From positions 1 through 63,678 of IMG/VR virus record IMGVR_UViG_3300017565_000005: a stretch of 63,678 bases of DNA. One strand, written 5' to 3'. The notes under the pieces are model-generated. The model was not told where the DNA came from, did not search any database, and worked only from the letters and a program-made list of their open reading frames with translations. The DNA is from a virus. Lineage: Duplodnaviria; Caudoviricetes. Positions 34,201-43,790 of this stretch are shown here, piece after piece (the stretch's first letter is position 1; the number at the start of each line of letters is the position of its first letter). Position numbers and translations under genes: made by a program.

Positions 34201-34896
34201 ATGTCGGCGCGACTCACAATGCCCGGACGGATCGAAAGAGTGAAAAACGGGGACAATCGACGAAAGACTCAATCACGCACGACGACAACGCGAAAAGCAT
34301 CGACCGCGCTCGCTCCCGTTGCGCGTCGTCCGCTGAACGCCAAGCGCGAAGCTTTCGTCAACGAGTACCTGATCGACCGCAACGGAACCAAAGCTTACAT
34401 GCGAGCAAATCCCGGCGTGAAGGAATCAACAGCGCGCACAAATGCTGCAAGATTGCTCGCAAATGCTAATGTGCAGCATGAAATAGCTGCTTTACTCGAT
34501 AAAACAGCAGAAAATTTGGCGCTGACGCGAGAAATGTGTCTCGCACAGTATCAGCGCATCGCATTCAGCGATCCCCGCAAGCTTTTCGACGCCTACGGAC
34601 AGATCAAGCCGATCCACGAACTTGACGACGAGACTGCGGCCGCCCTTCAGGGCATGGATCTGGACTATCAGCGCAACGAGACCGGCGAATTCACGCCGGT
34701 GCTGAAGGTCAAGATGGGCGACCGCAAGGCGGCCCTCGACTCGATCATGAAGGCCCAGGGCTGGAACTCAGCCGAAAAGCACGAAGTCACGGGCAAGGGC
34801 GGAAAGCCCATCGAGCATGCTGTGCGCGTCGTGCTGGTGCCGCCGAAGCAGCGCGCCGAAGTCATCACCCGGCAGCTGACGCTTGACGAGGACTGA
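34201..34896 (+). CDS. terS: Terminase small subunit
   Basis: LNAKREAFVNEYLIDRNGTKAYMRA...AFSDPRKLFD; start codon uncertain. Confidence 0.88.
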   Translation: MSARLTMPGRIERVKNGDNRRKTQSRTTTTRKASTALAPVARRPLNAKREAFVNEYLIDRNGTKAYMRANPGVKESTARTNAARLLANANVQHEIAALLDKTAENLALTREMCLAQYQRIAFSDPRKLFDAYGQIKPIHELDDETAAALQGMDLDYQRNETGEFTPVLKVKMGDRKAALDSIMKAQGWNSAEKHEVTGKGGKPIEHAVRVVLVPPKQRAEVITRQLTLDED

Positions 34897-36286
34897 CGTG
34901 GCAGCGCGCCCCGCCTTCGCTGACGACAGTATCATCTGGCAGCCGGAGCCCAAGCAGTCTGAATTCCTTGCCTGCGACGACTTCGAGGTTCTGTACGGCG
35001 GGGCAGCTGGCGGCGGCAAGTCGGATGCGCTGCTGATCGACGCGCTTTGCTTGCAGCACGACGCCATCAACAACCCCAGGCACCGGGCCGTGCTTTTCCG
35101 GCGCAGCTTCCCCGAACTGCGAGACCTGATCGACAGATCGCGCGAAATCTACCCGGCCATCGTCCCTGGTGCCGACTACAACCAGCAAGACAAGATCTGG
35201 ACGTTCCCGAGCGGCGCAAAGATCGAATTCGGCTATCTCGGGCACGACAACGACCGCTTCAAGTATCGCGGGCGCGCTTGGAACTACGTCGGATTCGACG
35301 AACTGACGCTGTGGCCGACCAATGTCTGCTACCTGTACCTGTTCTCGCGCTGCCGCTCGACCGACAAGTCACTGCCCAGGTACATCCGCGCCGCCACGAA
35401 CCCGGACGGACCCGGACAGAAATGGGTCATGGAGCGCTGGGGCATCGACGAGTCGGGCAAGGCCACGAACATCCCGGTCGACATTGTCGACGAGGAAATG
35501 GGCACCGTCACCACCGTTCGCCGGCGCTTCATCCCCGCGCGGCTGGTCGACAACAGCCACTTGGCCGGGACCGGCTACCGCGAAGCGCTGCTGCTGATGG
35601 AGCCCGACGAGCGCGAAGCGTTGCTCAAGGGCTTGTGGAAAGGCAACAAGGTCAAGGGCGCGTACTATCTGAACGAAATGGCGTACCTGCGCCAGAACGG
35701 CCGCATCCGCCGCGTGCCCTACACGCCGGGCGAGCCGGTCAATACCTTTTGGGACTTGGGCTGGAACGACACGACTGCACTCTGGTTCCACCAATACATC
35801 GCAGGCGAACACCGTTTCATCCACGCCTACGAGAATTCCGGCGAGGCGCTGGATCACTTCGCGACGTACTTGCAGAGCCGAGGCTACGTCTACGGCACGC
35901 ACTTCCTGCCGCACGACGCCGAGAATACCAGCTTGCAGACCGGCAAGACGAACCGCCAGATCCTCGAAGCGCTGCTGCCCGGACATCGGTTCGATGTCGT
36001 CACGCGCATCACCGACCGCCTGATCGGCATCAACGAGACGCGCATGGCCCTGCGCGGCAACGTGTTCATCGATGAAATCGAGTGCGGCGACGGCATTGTC
36101 GCGCTGGACAACTACCGCAAGCGCTACGTCGAGAAGATCGACGCCTTCGCGGATGAGCCGGTTCACGACCGATATTCGAACTACGCCGACGCCCTGCGCC
36201 AGTGGGGCCAGGGCTTCGACCTTTCCACCATGCGCGGCGGCTCCAGCCGGCGGCGGCGCACCAACACGAGCGGCATGGCCGCGTAA
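34883..36286 (+). CDS. terL: Terminase large subunit
   Basis: YGGAAGGGKS, GFDELT, ATNP, WDLG, LPHDA, HDRYSNYADA. Confidence 0.95.
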   Translation: MTRTDVAARPAFADDSIIWQPEPKQSEFLACDDFEVLYGGAAGGGKSDALLIDALCLQHDAINNPRHRAVLFRRSFPELRDLIDRSREIYPAIVPGADYNQQDKIWTFPSGAKIEFGYLGHDNDRFKYRGRAWNYVGFDELTLWPTNVCYLYLFSRCRSTDKSLPRYIRAATNPDGPGQKWVMERWGIDESGKATNIPVDIVDEEMGTVTTVRRRFIPARLVDNSHLAGTGYREALLLMEPDEREALLKGLWKGNKVKGAYYLNEMAYLRQNGRIRRVPYTPGEPVNTFWDLGWNDTTALWFHQYIAGEHRFIHAYENSGEALDHFATYLQSRGYVYGTHFLPHDAENTSLQTGKTNRQILEALLPGHRFDVVTRITDRLIGINETRMALRGNVFIDEIECGDGIVALDNYRKRYVEKIDAFADEPVHDRYSNYADALRQWGQGFDLSTMRGGSSRRRRTNTSGMAA

Positions 36287-36294
36287 GGGGAATC

Positions 36295-36717
36295 ATGGAA
36301 TTCGCTCTCGACCTGACAGTCTACCATCGTGTTCGGCAGCACGGCGACATCACCGCGTATCAAACGTGGTTCGGCCCCGAGCAGCGCCCGGCGCTGGTGC
36401 TGATCCCGACCTACCGCCAGCACCACGAAAAGACGACGCCTTGTGTCGTGCCGCTCGAAAACGCCTGGAAGTGGGACGAGACGGTAGGCGACCCGCAAGA
36501 CTGCGCCCGGACATGCGTCCAGTTCGCCGCGCATCTTGGCCTCTCATACACGTCAACGCTGACCTGCATCCGCATCGCCTCGATCATCCGCGACACGCTT
36601 GGCGAACTCATCACCATTCCGCCACGGCCAGGGGCCGGCAGCATCATCGTTGCCGACGCCATCGTCACCGACAGCAACGGCCGCGAGCGTCACTTCGAGA
36701 TCACCGACAATGTTTGA
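36295..36717 (+). CDS. Conserved hypothetical protein between terL and the portal
   Basis: AAGGGG SD; overlaps the portal start. Confidence 0.75.
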   Translation: MEFALDLTVYHRVRQHGDITAYQTWFGPEQRPALVLIPTYRQHHEKTTPCVVPLENAWKWDETVGDPQDCARTCVQFAAHLGLSYTSTLTCIRIASIIRDTLGELITIPPRPGAGSIIVADAIVTDSNGRERHFEITDNV

Positions 36718-39034
36718 CGACACTCAGCCGCGCGGCGGGTTCGACCTGCAGGACGCCACGGTCAAAAAGTACGAGTCGCCCATTCCAAAGGCTGACGCCC
36801 AGGAGCCCATCGTCAAGCGGTCCAAGCTTGACGGCGATGCGATGGTCGAAATGCACCGGCGCGTCATGGCCTACTACGTGCAAGAACTCGATCGGCAGGC
36901 CGAGAACCGATACGAAATGGGCCTGGACGAAGACTTCTACGACAACATTCAGTGGGACTATCAGGACGCGCAGACGCTTAAAGACCGAGGGCAGGTGCCG
37001 CTCGTCTACAACGTCATCGCGACCAGCGTGAATTGGGTGCTGGGCAGCGAGAAGCGCGGCCGCACGGATTTCAAGGTTCTGCCGCGTCGCAAGGAAGACG
37101 GCAAGCCGGCCGAGCGCAAGACCGCGCTCATGAAATACCTGTCGGATGTCAACCGCACGCCGTTTCACCGCTCGCGCGCGTTCGAGGACGAAGTGAAGGT
37201 CGGCATCGGCTGGCTGGAGGACGGCGTTCAGGACGATGTTGACGGCGAGCCCGTATACAGCCGCTACGAATCCTGGCGCAACATTCTGTGGGACAGCGCC
37301 GCGACCGAAATGGACCTGTCCGACGCGCGCTACATCTTCCGGGCGAAGTGGGTCGACCTGGACATTGCGCAGGCGATGTTCCCTGAGCGCAAGGCCATCC
37401 TGAACGAATGCGCCGTGCAATCGGATAACCGGCTGCTGATGGACGACGAACACGGCGACGAGCCCATGGATAGCATGGAAGTCGAGCGCGAGTATTCGGG
37501 ATCCGCCACCATTTCCGCCAACGCCTACCAGCGTGAGCGCGTACGCCTGATCGAAGGCTGGATCCGCCGGCCGGTCATGGTCAAGCGCATGCGCGGCGGC
37601 GACTTTTCCGGCGACATATGGGACGGCGAGAACGAGGTTCACCGCGAGCAGCTGCAAAGCGGGCGCGCCGAAGTCGTGCAGAAGGTCATGATGCGCGTGC
37701 ATGTGTGCGTCATGTGTACGAAAGGCATGCTGTGGTTCAGCGAGTCGCCGTACCGGCACAATCGCTTCCCGTTCACACCCTTGTGGGGATACCGGCGCGG
37801 GCGCGACGGGCTGCCGTACGGAATGATCCGTGGCTTGCGAGACATCCAGCAGGACATCAACAAGCGCGCTTCGAAGGCGCTCGCGATCCTGTCGTCGAAC
37901 AAGGTCATCATGGACAAGGGCGCGGTCGACAACATCGACGAGTTTATCGACGAGGTTTCCAAGCCTAACGCCGTCATCGAGAAAAACCCCGGCAAGGCGC
38001 TCGAAATCAACGCCGAACGCGACCTTGCCGCCGCCCACGTCGAACTGATGGCCCGCTCGATCCAGATGATCCAGCAGCAGTCCGGCGTCACCGACGAGTC
38101 CATGGGCCGAACGACCAATGCGACATCCGGCGTTGCGATTGCCCGCCGGCAAGAGCAGGGCAGCATGGCGACCGCGAAATTCTTCGACAACCTGCGTTTC
38201 GCCGCCCAGCTGCAAGGCGAACTCGAACTCTCGCTCATCGAGCAGTATTTCAGCCAGCAGAAAGCGTTTCGCATCACCAACATGCGCGGCACGCCCGAGT
38301 ACATCGTCATCAACGATGGACTGCCCGAGAACGACATCGTTCGCACCAAGGCCGATTTCATCATTTCCGAGGCCGACTGGCGCGCATCCGTGCGTCAGGC
38401 CCAGGTTGACGAATTGCTCGACCTGATTACCAAGCTCGCGCCCGTTGCGCCCCAGGCCGTTCTCGTCACGCTCGACCTGCTGGTCGAATCCATGGACCTG
38501 CCCATGCGCGACGAACTCGTGCGCCGCATCCGGCAACTGACCGGCCAGCGTGATCCGGACGCCGAAGAACCGACGCCCGAGGAAATCGCCCAGGCGCAGG
38601 AAATGGTTGAGCAGAAGGCGCTACAGAAGCGCGGCATGATGGCCGAGATTGTCAGCAAGGAAGCCGACGCCATCAAGAAGCAGGCCGACGCGCAGAAAGC
38701 CGGCGTCCAGGCCCAGCAAATCCTCGGTCAGATGGCCGGGCAGAACGTCGAGACGCAGAAAGCCGCGCTCGAAGCGGCGCTCGCCGCAATCAGCATGCCT
38801 CCGGCCGTGCCCGTGGCCGACACGATCCTGCACGAAGCCGGATTCAAGAGCCGAACGGAAATGGAAAGCGACAACGCGCTCGCCGCGCGCGCCGCCGAAG
38901 CCGAGCAACAGGCCGCCGAGGAACAAGCGGCGGCCCAGCAACGACTGCAACAGGAAGAACAGGCCGAGCAGCAGTCTGGCTTGTCCGCCCCTGGCGCAGC
39001 ACCAACGCCCGAACAGCCGGGCATTCAACAGTAA
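36710..39034 (+). CDS. Portal protein (P22-like)
   Basis: DEDFYDNIQW...RGQVPLVYN, PYGMIRGLRDIQQDINKR, SGVAIARRQEQG. Confidence 0.92.
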   Translation: MFDDTQPRGGFDLQDATVKKYESPIPKADAQEPIVKRSKLDGDAMVEMHRRVMAYYVQELDRQAENRYEMGLDEDFYDNIQWDYQDAQTLKDRGQVPLVYNVIATSVNWVLGSEKRGRTDFKVLPRRKEDGKPAERKTALMKYLSDVNRTPFHRSRAFEDEVKVGIGWLEDGVQDDVDGEPVYSRYESWRNILWDSAATEMDLSDARYIFRAKWVDLDIAQAMFPERKAILNECAVQSDNRLLMDDEHGDEPMDSMEVEREYSGSATISANAYQRERVRLIEGWIRRPVMVKRMRGGDFSGDIWDGENEVHREQLQSGRAEVVQKVMMRVHVCVMCTKGMLWFSESPYRHNRFPFTPLWGYRRGRDGLPYGMIRGLRDIQQDINKRASKALAILSSNKVIMDKGAVDNIDEFIDEVSKPNAVIEKNPGKALEINAERDLAAAHVELMARSIQMIQQQSGVTDESMGRTTNATSGVAIARRQEQGSMATAKFFDNLRFAAQLQGELELSLIEQYFSQQKAFRITNMRGTPEYIVINDGLPENDIVRTKADFIISEADWRASVRQAQVDELLDLITKLAPVAPQAVLVTLDLLVESMDLPMRDELVRRIRQLTGQRDPDAEEPTPEEIAQAQEMVEQKALQKRGMMAEIVSKEADAIKKQADAQKAGVQAQQILGQMAGQNVETQKAALEAALAAISMPPAVPVADTILHEAGFKSRTEMESDNALAARAAEAEQQAAEEQAAAQQRLQQEEQAEQQSGLSAPGAAPTPEQPGIQQ

Positions 39035-39046
39035 GGAAATTGAACC

Positions 39047-39481
39047 ATGAACAATCGAGATTCCAGCGTGCCGGCCGATGAGTCCAGCATTGAGAAATCG
39101 ATCCAGGCCAAAGGGCTGACCGCGCCGCGCATCACGCCGGCCGACATCGACGCGCAGATTGCAAGCGAGCACTATTTCACGGCGCTGGATGGCGTGCTGG
39201 GCGCGTACAAGAACAACGACGATGTTCGCGTCGAGCATTATTATGCGCCCGATCAAGAAGTGCCGCGCAGCATCCAGGCGCTTGGTTGCCTGACCTTCTG
39301 CGTGCTGGTGCTGCGCAACGGCTTCACCGTCACCGGCGAGAGCGCATGCGCCAGCCCCGAGAACTTCGACCCCGAAATCGGCCGGCAGATCGCCAAGCGC
39401 AACGCCCGCGACAAGATATGGAGCCTGGAAGGCTACCAGCTTCGCACCCGGCTGCATGAGCAGGCCACCATCAACCAGTAA
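39047..39481 (+). CDS. N4 gp49/Sf6 gp66-family protein (candidate cyclic-nucleotide sponge)
   Basis: GLTAPRITPADI...LTFCVLVLRNGFTVTGESACASPENFDPEIGRQIA...IWSLEGY. Confidence 0.88.
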   Translation: MNNRDSSVPADESSIEKSIQAKGLTAPRITPADIDAQIASEHYFTALDGVLGAYKNNDDVRVEHYYAPDQEVPRSIQALGCLTFCVLVLRNGFTVTGESACASPENFDPEIGRQIAKRNARDKIWSLEGYQLRTRLHEQATINQ

Positions 39482-39493
39482 CGGAGAACCACC

Positions 39494-40459
39494 ATGGCTG
39501 ACAAAGACTACACCGACGACGAACTCGACCAGCTGACCGACGAAGAACGCGAGGCGATCGAAAGCAACGACGACATCATCGATGACGGCGAGGACGACGA
39601 CGCCGGCGACGACACGACCGTCAACGACGCCAAGACTGGCGAGGACGACGATAAGCCCGCTGGCAAGGAAGGCGACGACGAGGGCGGCGAAGGCGAGACG
39701 GACCCCGACAAGCAGGACAAGGAGGGCGAGGACGACGCTGCGAGCGCCGGTCGCGACGACGGCAAGCCGGTCGAGAGCGAGGAAGACGAGGCCAAGCCGG
39801 CGGCCAAGCCGCAGTACGCGCCGAGCCTGCGCTCCGAAGTGCCCGACGATTACGACGATCAGATCAAGGCGATCACCGATGAGCGGGCGGCCCTTCGCAA
39901 GCAGTACAACGAGGGCGACATCGACTTCGACGAGTATGACGCCAAGCGCGACGAACTCGACGAGAAGCGCCGCACGCTCGACCAGATCAAGATCAAGGGC
40001 GAGATTTCCGAGGAAATGCGCGTCGATCGCTGGCTGAACCGTGATGTCGCCGGATTCATGGCCGACCACCCGGAGTATAAAGAGGGCAGCGCGCTACACA
40101 CGATGCTCGATCGGGAAGTGCGAATCCTGCAAGCCAAGGCGACAGGCGAGGGGCGCGACCCGTTCGACCCGGCCTTCCTCGATCAGGCGCACGCGAACAT
40201 CCGCGAAAGCCTGGCCAAAGACCTCGGGCTGAAAGCGGACGACAAGCCAGCCGTCATCAAGTCGAAGGGTGCGACGCCACCGCCCAAGCGCACCGTGCCG
40301 CCCACGCTTGGCAACGTCCCGGCCGCCGAAATCGACGACCCGAACGGCGGCAAGTGGGCTTCGCTCGATCGGCTGATGGAATCCAACCCGGCCGCGTTCG
40401 AGGAACGGATGGAAAAAATGTCCGACGAAGAACGCAACGCCTACCTTGCGAGCCAGTAA
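39494..40459 (+). CDS. Capsid scaffolding-like acidic protein
   Basis: D/E-rich N-terminus, coiled coil, PPTLGNVPAA; position in the head operon. Confidence 0.75.
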   Translation: MADKDYTDDELDQLTDEEREAIESNDDIIDDGEDDDAGDDTTVNDAKTGEDDDKPAGKEGDDEGGEGETDPDKQDKEGEDDAASAGRDDGKPVESEEDEAKPAAKPQYAPSLRSEVPDDYDDQIKAITDERAALRKQYNEGDIDFDEYDAKRDELDEKRRTLDQIKIKGEISEEMRVDRWLNRDVAGFMADHPEYKEGSALHTMLDREVRILQAKATGEGRDPFDPAFLDQAHANIRESLAKDLGLKADDKPAVIKSKGATPPPKRTVPPTLGNVPAAEIDDPNGGKWASLDRLMESNPAAFEERMEKMSDEERNAYLASQ

Positions 40460-40465
40460 CCCTCA

Positions 40466-40660
40466 ATGCTGAAGCTGGACCTTTCACCAGGGCAGAGCGT
40501 CAGGATCGGCAGCGATGTCGTCCTGACGCTCGAAAAGAAGACGGGGCAGGTTGCCAGACTGGCAATCGATGCCGACCGAAGCGTCCCTATCCGCCGCGTC
40601 GCCAACGGCGAGGAAAGGCCCGTGCATCGTCAGGTAGTGGGCATCACCGGCAACGCCTGA
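40466..40660 (+). CDS. CsrA/RsmA-like RNA-binding protein
   Basis: Gapless alignment to the recalled E. coli CsrA sequence keeps L2, L4, G9, I14, G15, V18, T21, G27, R31, A36, V40, R44. Confidence 0.8.
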   Translation: MLKLDLSPGQSVRIGSDVVLTLEKKTGQVARLAIDADRSVPIRRVANGEERPVHRQVVGITGNA

Positions 40661-40748
40661 TGGCGGATGGTGGAGGAATCGAACCCCAAGCGCTCAGCGC
40701 ATCATCGGCTTTCAACACCGCGCCCGCAGCCATGTGGGCACACCACCC
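40661..40748 (-). tRNA. tRNA-Ser(UGA)-like gene, non-canonical
   Basis: GGGTGGTG...TTGAAA...long variable arm GCGC-TGA-GCGC...GGTTCGATTCC...CACCATCC-G-CCA. Confidence 0.8.
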
Positions 40749-40753
40749 GGATG

Positions 40754-40951
40754 CTAAAAATCGATCGGCCCGCCTTTCTTTGAAATGCTATAGCCCACGC
40801 CGCTTTGATTTTCGAAGGCCCGATCATCGGTATTGATCCGCTGCTGTGTCGGGCTGCCCTGCAGAGGGATTTCGATATCAACATCCTTGGCGCGGATCTT
40901 GATCTTGCGCCCGTCAAACACGTCGCTGCCATCTTCAAACGTCAAACTCAT
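40754..40951 (-). CDS. Small hypothetical protein
   Basis: GGAGAG SD before ATG. Confidence 0.5.
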   Translation of the reverse strand: MSLTFEDGSDVFDGRKIKIRAKDVDIEIPLQGSPTQQRINTDDRAFENQSGVGYSISKKGGPIDF

Positions 40952-40983
40952 TTCACTCTCCAGTAAAAGACAAGCCCCGCGCT

Positions 40984-41550
40984 TTATGCGGCCGGCTGCG
41001 AACGCAACGACGCGACGGAAGTAGACATGTCCTGATACGCCGTCATCGTGCCAACGGAATTCGCTGCGAAGTTGCGGGTGAATTGAGGGTTGATCCCATA
41101 TTGAGCGCCGGTCTGAAACGCATCTTGGTTCGCGGCCAGGAACACGAACTTCCAGTTATGCTTTTCTGCGTGCTGGATCATCGCCTTGATTTGCTCAGCA
41201 GTGTATTCCTTGCTGGCGTTTTCACCGCCATCGGTGATGATCGTCACGATCACCAGATCGGCCCAGCCCTCATCATGGATGCGCTTGCCCTGGACATTCA
41301 GCGCGGAGCCTATCGCGTCGAGCAACGCCGTCGTCCCGCGCGGCTCAAGATTGAGCGGCGGCACTTCGCTCAGCGGTTTTGCTTCATATTGCGTCTCGAT
41401 GCGATCGTCGAACATGATCTGCGTGACGCGCGCCTCGCCTTCCACCTTTTTCTGTTCCTCGATGAAGCTGGCAAATCCGCCGTTCGCGTCCTCGCGAATG
41501 CTTGCCATGCTTCCCGATCGGTCAGTCACTACGATGATTTCTGTTTTCAC
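40984..41550 (-). CDS. von Willebrand factor A (VWA) domain protein
   Basis: MIDAS motif DRSGSM, TALLDAIG, ITDGGENAS; GTG start with AAGGAAAGGA. Confidence 0.9.
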   Translation of the reverse strand: MKTEIIVVTDRSGSMASIREDANGGFASFIEEQKKVEGEARVTQIMFDDRIETQYEAKPLSEVPPLNLEPRGTTALLDAIGSALNVQGKRIHDEGWADLVIVTIITDGGENASKEYTAEQIKAMIQHAEKHNWKFVFLAANQDAFQTGAQYGINPQFTRNFAANSVGTMTAYQDMSTSVASLRSQPAA

Positions 41551-41582
41551 GGTCCTTTCCTTGCCTCGTAAATGGGGGTGTC

Positions 41583-41688
41583 GATGGTGGCCGGCGCTGA
41601 TCCCCGGCATACACTCTCTCGTTCTGTTTCAGCGGGCCTAGTGGGTGCAGCCGCCGCAGTCCGCGCATCAGCCTGCGCATTCACCATC
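41583..41688 (-). ncRNA. C4-like antisense RNA
   Basis: GATGGTGAATGCGCAGGCTGATGCGC...ATGCCGGGGATCAGCGCCGGCCACCATC fits the C4 architecture; closing stem GATGGTG/CACCATC. Confidence 0.75.
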
Positions 41689-41966
41689 ACGGCTGGCCCC
41701 AACTCCATCTCCCTCACAAGCGGCGCTTGATCGTCCGGCATAGGGCCATGCGTGATAGTCCTGGCCTTTCCAGACGCCAGGGCGGTCCCAGGTTCTCATC
41801 TGTGCGCCTGCTGTGACTAGCGCCTTCCGGAAAACCCCGCTCATTTGCAATCCTGGCCTTTTGCTTCGCCAGGGCGGAAGTGATGGAAGGTGGCTGCGAA
41901 AATTTTCCAGCTTTCGCCTTCGGCCTTTGCTATTACCTCCCGGAACGGCCAAGCGGGCGGCCAATT

Positions 41967-42105
41967 CCATCACATAGGCGGGCCGGGCTTGATTCCGGCT
42001 GACCCTTTCTGCGCGCGCTTTACCCGTCAATGCGTTGGGTATCTCTAACTCCGGGTCGCTCCGCTTATAAGCGCGTTTCCTTCAACGCCGCCGCCTATGT
42101 GATGG
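41967..42105 (-). ncRNA. Second C4/c4-2-like structured RNA
   Basis: Perfect 15-bp closing stem; GCGTT-GAAGGA-AACGC hairpin; T-arm-like GCCGG-AATCAAGC-CCGGC hairpin. Confidence 0.65.
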
Positions 42106-42584
42106 CCCTTCCCCCGATGCGAAGCATGCCAGTGAACTCAAAGGGGGAAGGGGTACTGCAAAAAAGATGGCACCCTAGTCGGCACCCCATCCTGATAACA
42201 GGTGTGTAAGGTCGGCGGCCTACCGGGATTTCGTCCGCCCCGTTCTCCAACTGTCCAGAGCCACCCGTACACGCTGGACGCGCGTCGTATGGTTCTCATC
42301 ACCATCAAGAAGATGCACTCTTGCGTTCGCATATGGCAGCGTGTCATCAACAAACCAAAAGGACCACAGATTTTAAGCTACGCGGCCGCGCCAACCGACC
42401 GCCGCAAAAATGCACCTACTTCATGGTCCAGGGCTCTTACGCGGCCCCGGTTACGTCCATCGTTGCGTATGGCCTATGGACGGCCAAGGAGGGAACCCGA
42501 CATTTGCCCCTGTCGGGCCGCGCGCAACTCGCGGTAAGGCGGGGTGAAGTCAGTACGATTCTACACCCTATTCGTCCGCCTGTG

Positions 42585-43373
42585 TCACTTGTGATGCAGC
42601 GGAACGATGCCCGCCTCTTTCGCGATCTTTTCGCGCAGTTCGCTCACCGCATCCTCGACGATCACATGCGGACGGACCAGTTCATACCACATGGAAAGCC
42701 GGCCATCGTGGATCCGATAGCGGAACTTCGCCTCGACGCGATAGTGAACGCCGTTCACGAAGACAGGCATGCCAAGGAAGATCGATTCCGGGATCTGCAA
42801 ATTGCCCTTCGCCGCGCTGCCGTCGATCTGTTCCTCGTACGTGAACTGGTTTGCACCATTGGACAGGCGCAGGCCCGAGACGAAGTTGACCTTTTTCTTG
42901 GCTTGCAGCGTCGTGACGATTTCGAGCAGGCTCGCCGCTTCCGGCTCAATGATGTCGGGCAGGTTGCGCTCGATGAACAGCGAGAAAGCTTCCTGATTCA
43001 TCGGCTCTCTGTCGTGCGATTCCCATTCCAGCCAGGACGGCGAGCATTCGCACTGGAAAGTGGCAGTGTCATCTTCCCAATCCGGCGCGCCCGCGCGCGA
43101 GCCGTTGAAGATCGCCTTGAATCGCGGAGGATTGACACCGTAGTAGAGGTCCGTGTTCTCCGTCTTTTGCCGGTTCACGAACGCGATGAAACTCTGTTCG
43201 TCGCCCAGCAACGCATTACGCTTGTTGCGCGCCGGCTTGTCCATCATGTACTGCAAGTTTGCGATTTCGTAGCCTTTCGGCACGATCACGAACGGCCGAT
43301 TGTCGACAGTTCGCACGACGCCAAGCGCAGCACCGGCATGCAGGATGGCGTCAAAAGCGATGGGTTGATCCAT
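42585..43373 (-). CDS. DUF2303/YfdQ-family protein
   Basis: SFIAFVNR, MNQEAFSLFIERNLPDI, RLSNGANQFTYEE, AKFRYRI. Confidence 0.88.
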   Translation of the reverse strand: MDQPIAFDAILHAGAALGVVRTVDNRPFVIVPKGYEIANLQYMMDKPARNKRNALLGDEQSFIAFVNRQKTENTDLYYGVNPPRFKAIFNGSRAGAPDWEDDTATFQCECSPSWLEWESHDREPMNQEAFSLFIERNLPDIIEPEAASLLEIVTTLQAKKKVNFVSGLRLSNGANQFTYEEQIDGSAAKGNLQIPESIFLGMPVFVNGVHYRVEAKFRYRIHDGRLSMWYELVRPHVIVEDAVSELREKIAKEAGIVPLHHK

Positions 43374-43409
43374 TTCCTTTCCTTGAAAGTGTGAAGTGAA
43401 TGCCGCGTC

Positions 43410-43790
43410 TTACTGCGCGCGACGAAGCGGGACGGGAGAGGGCGCGGGAACGCTCTTTATTTCCCCGGTTTCCTTGTCGATGGTCTTCAGGCCCTCGATT
43501 TCCATCTGACGCGGGTCGGTACGGGCAAGATTGCCGGATGGCATGACGAACATGATCGACGAGCCCTTTTGTTCCTTCGGCATCGTCACCTTGATTTCGT
43601 CTGTGATTTCGATGCGGCCAGGGCCGCCCGGCTTGATCTTCAGCGTCAGCGCGATCGAGCCGACACGCTGCGTGTTGTCCACGCGCCGCACCAGTTCATG
43701 CAGCTTTTCGCCCAATTCCTCGTCGAGCGTGCCGTAGCGCAACGCTTTCAAGGTCTCGCTGATGGAAAATTCCTGCTTACTTTCGTCCAT
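43410..43790 (-). CDS. YfdP-like partner of DUF2303
   Basis: LRYGTLDEEL...GSIALTLKIKP...SGNLARTDPRQ; adjacent to the DUF2303 gene. Confidence 0.78.
   Translation of the reverse strand: MDESKQEFSISETLKALRYGTLDEELGEKLHELVRRVDNTQRVGSIALTLKIKPGGPGRIEITDEIKVTMPKEQKGSSIMFVMPSGNLARTDPRQMEIEGLKTIDKETGEIKSVPAPSPVPLRRAQ

Noticed and set aside
40661-40748. Selenocysteine or opal-suppressor tRNA
   Set aside because: The anticodon is UGA (reads Ser UCA), not UCA
41668-42537. ORFs called within the structured non-coding region
   Set aside because: Atypical composition, no SD, and they overlap strong RNA stems
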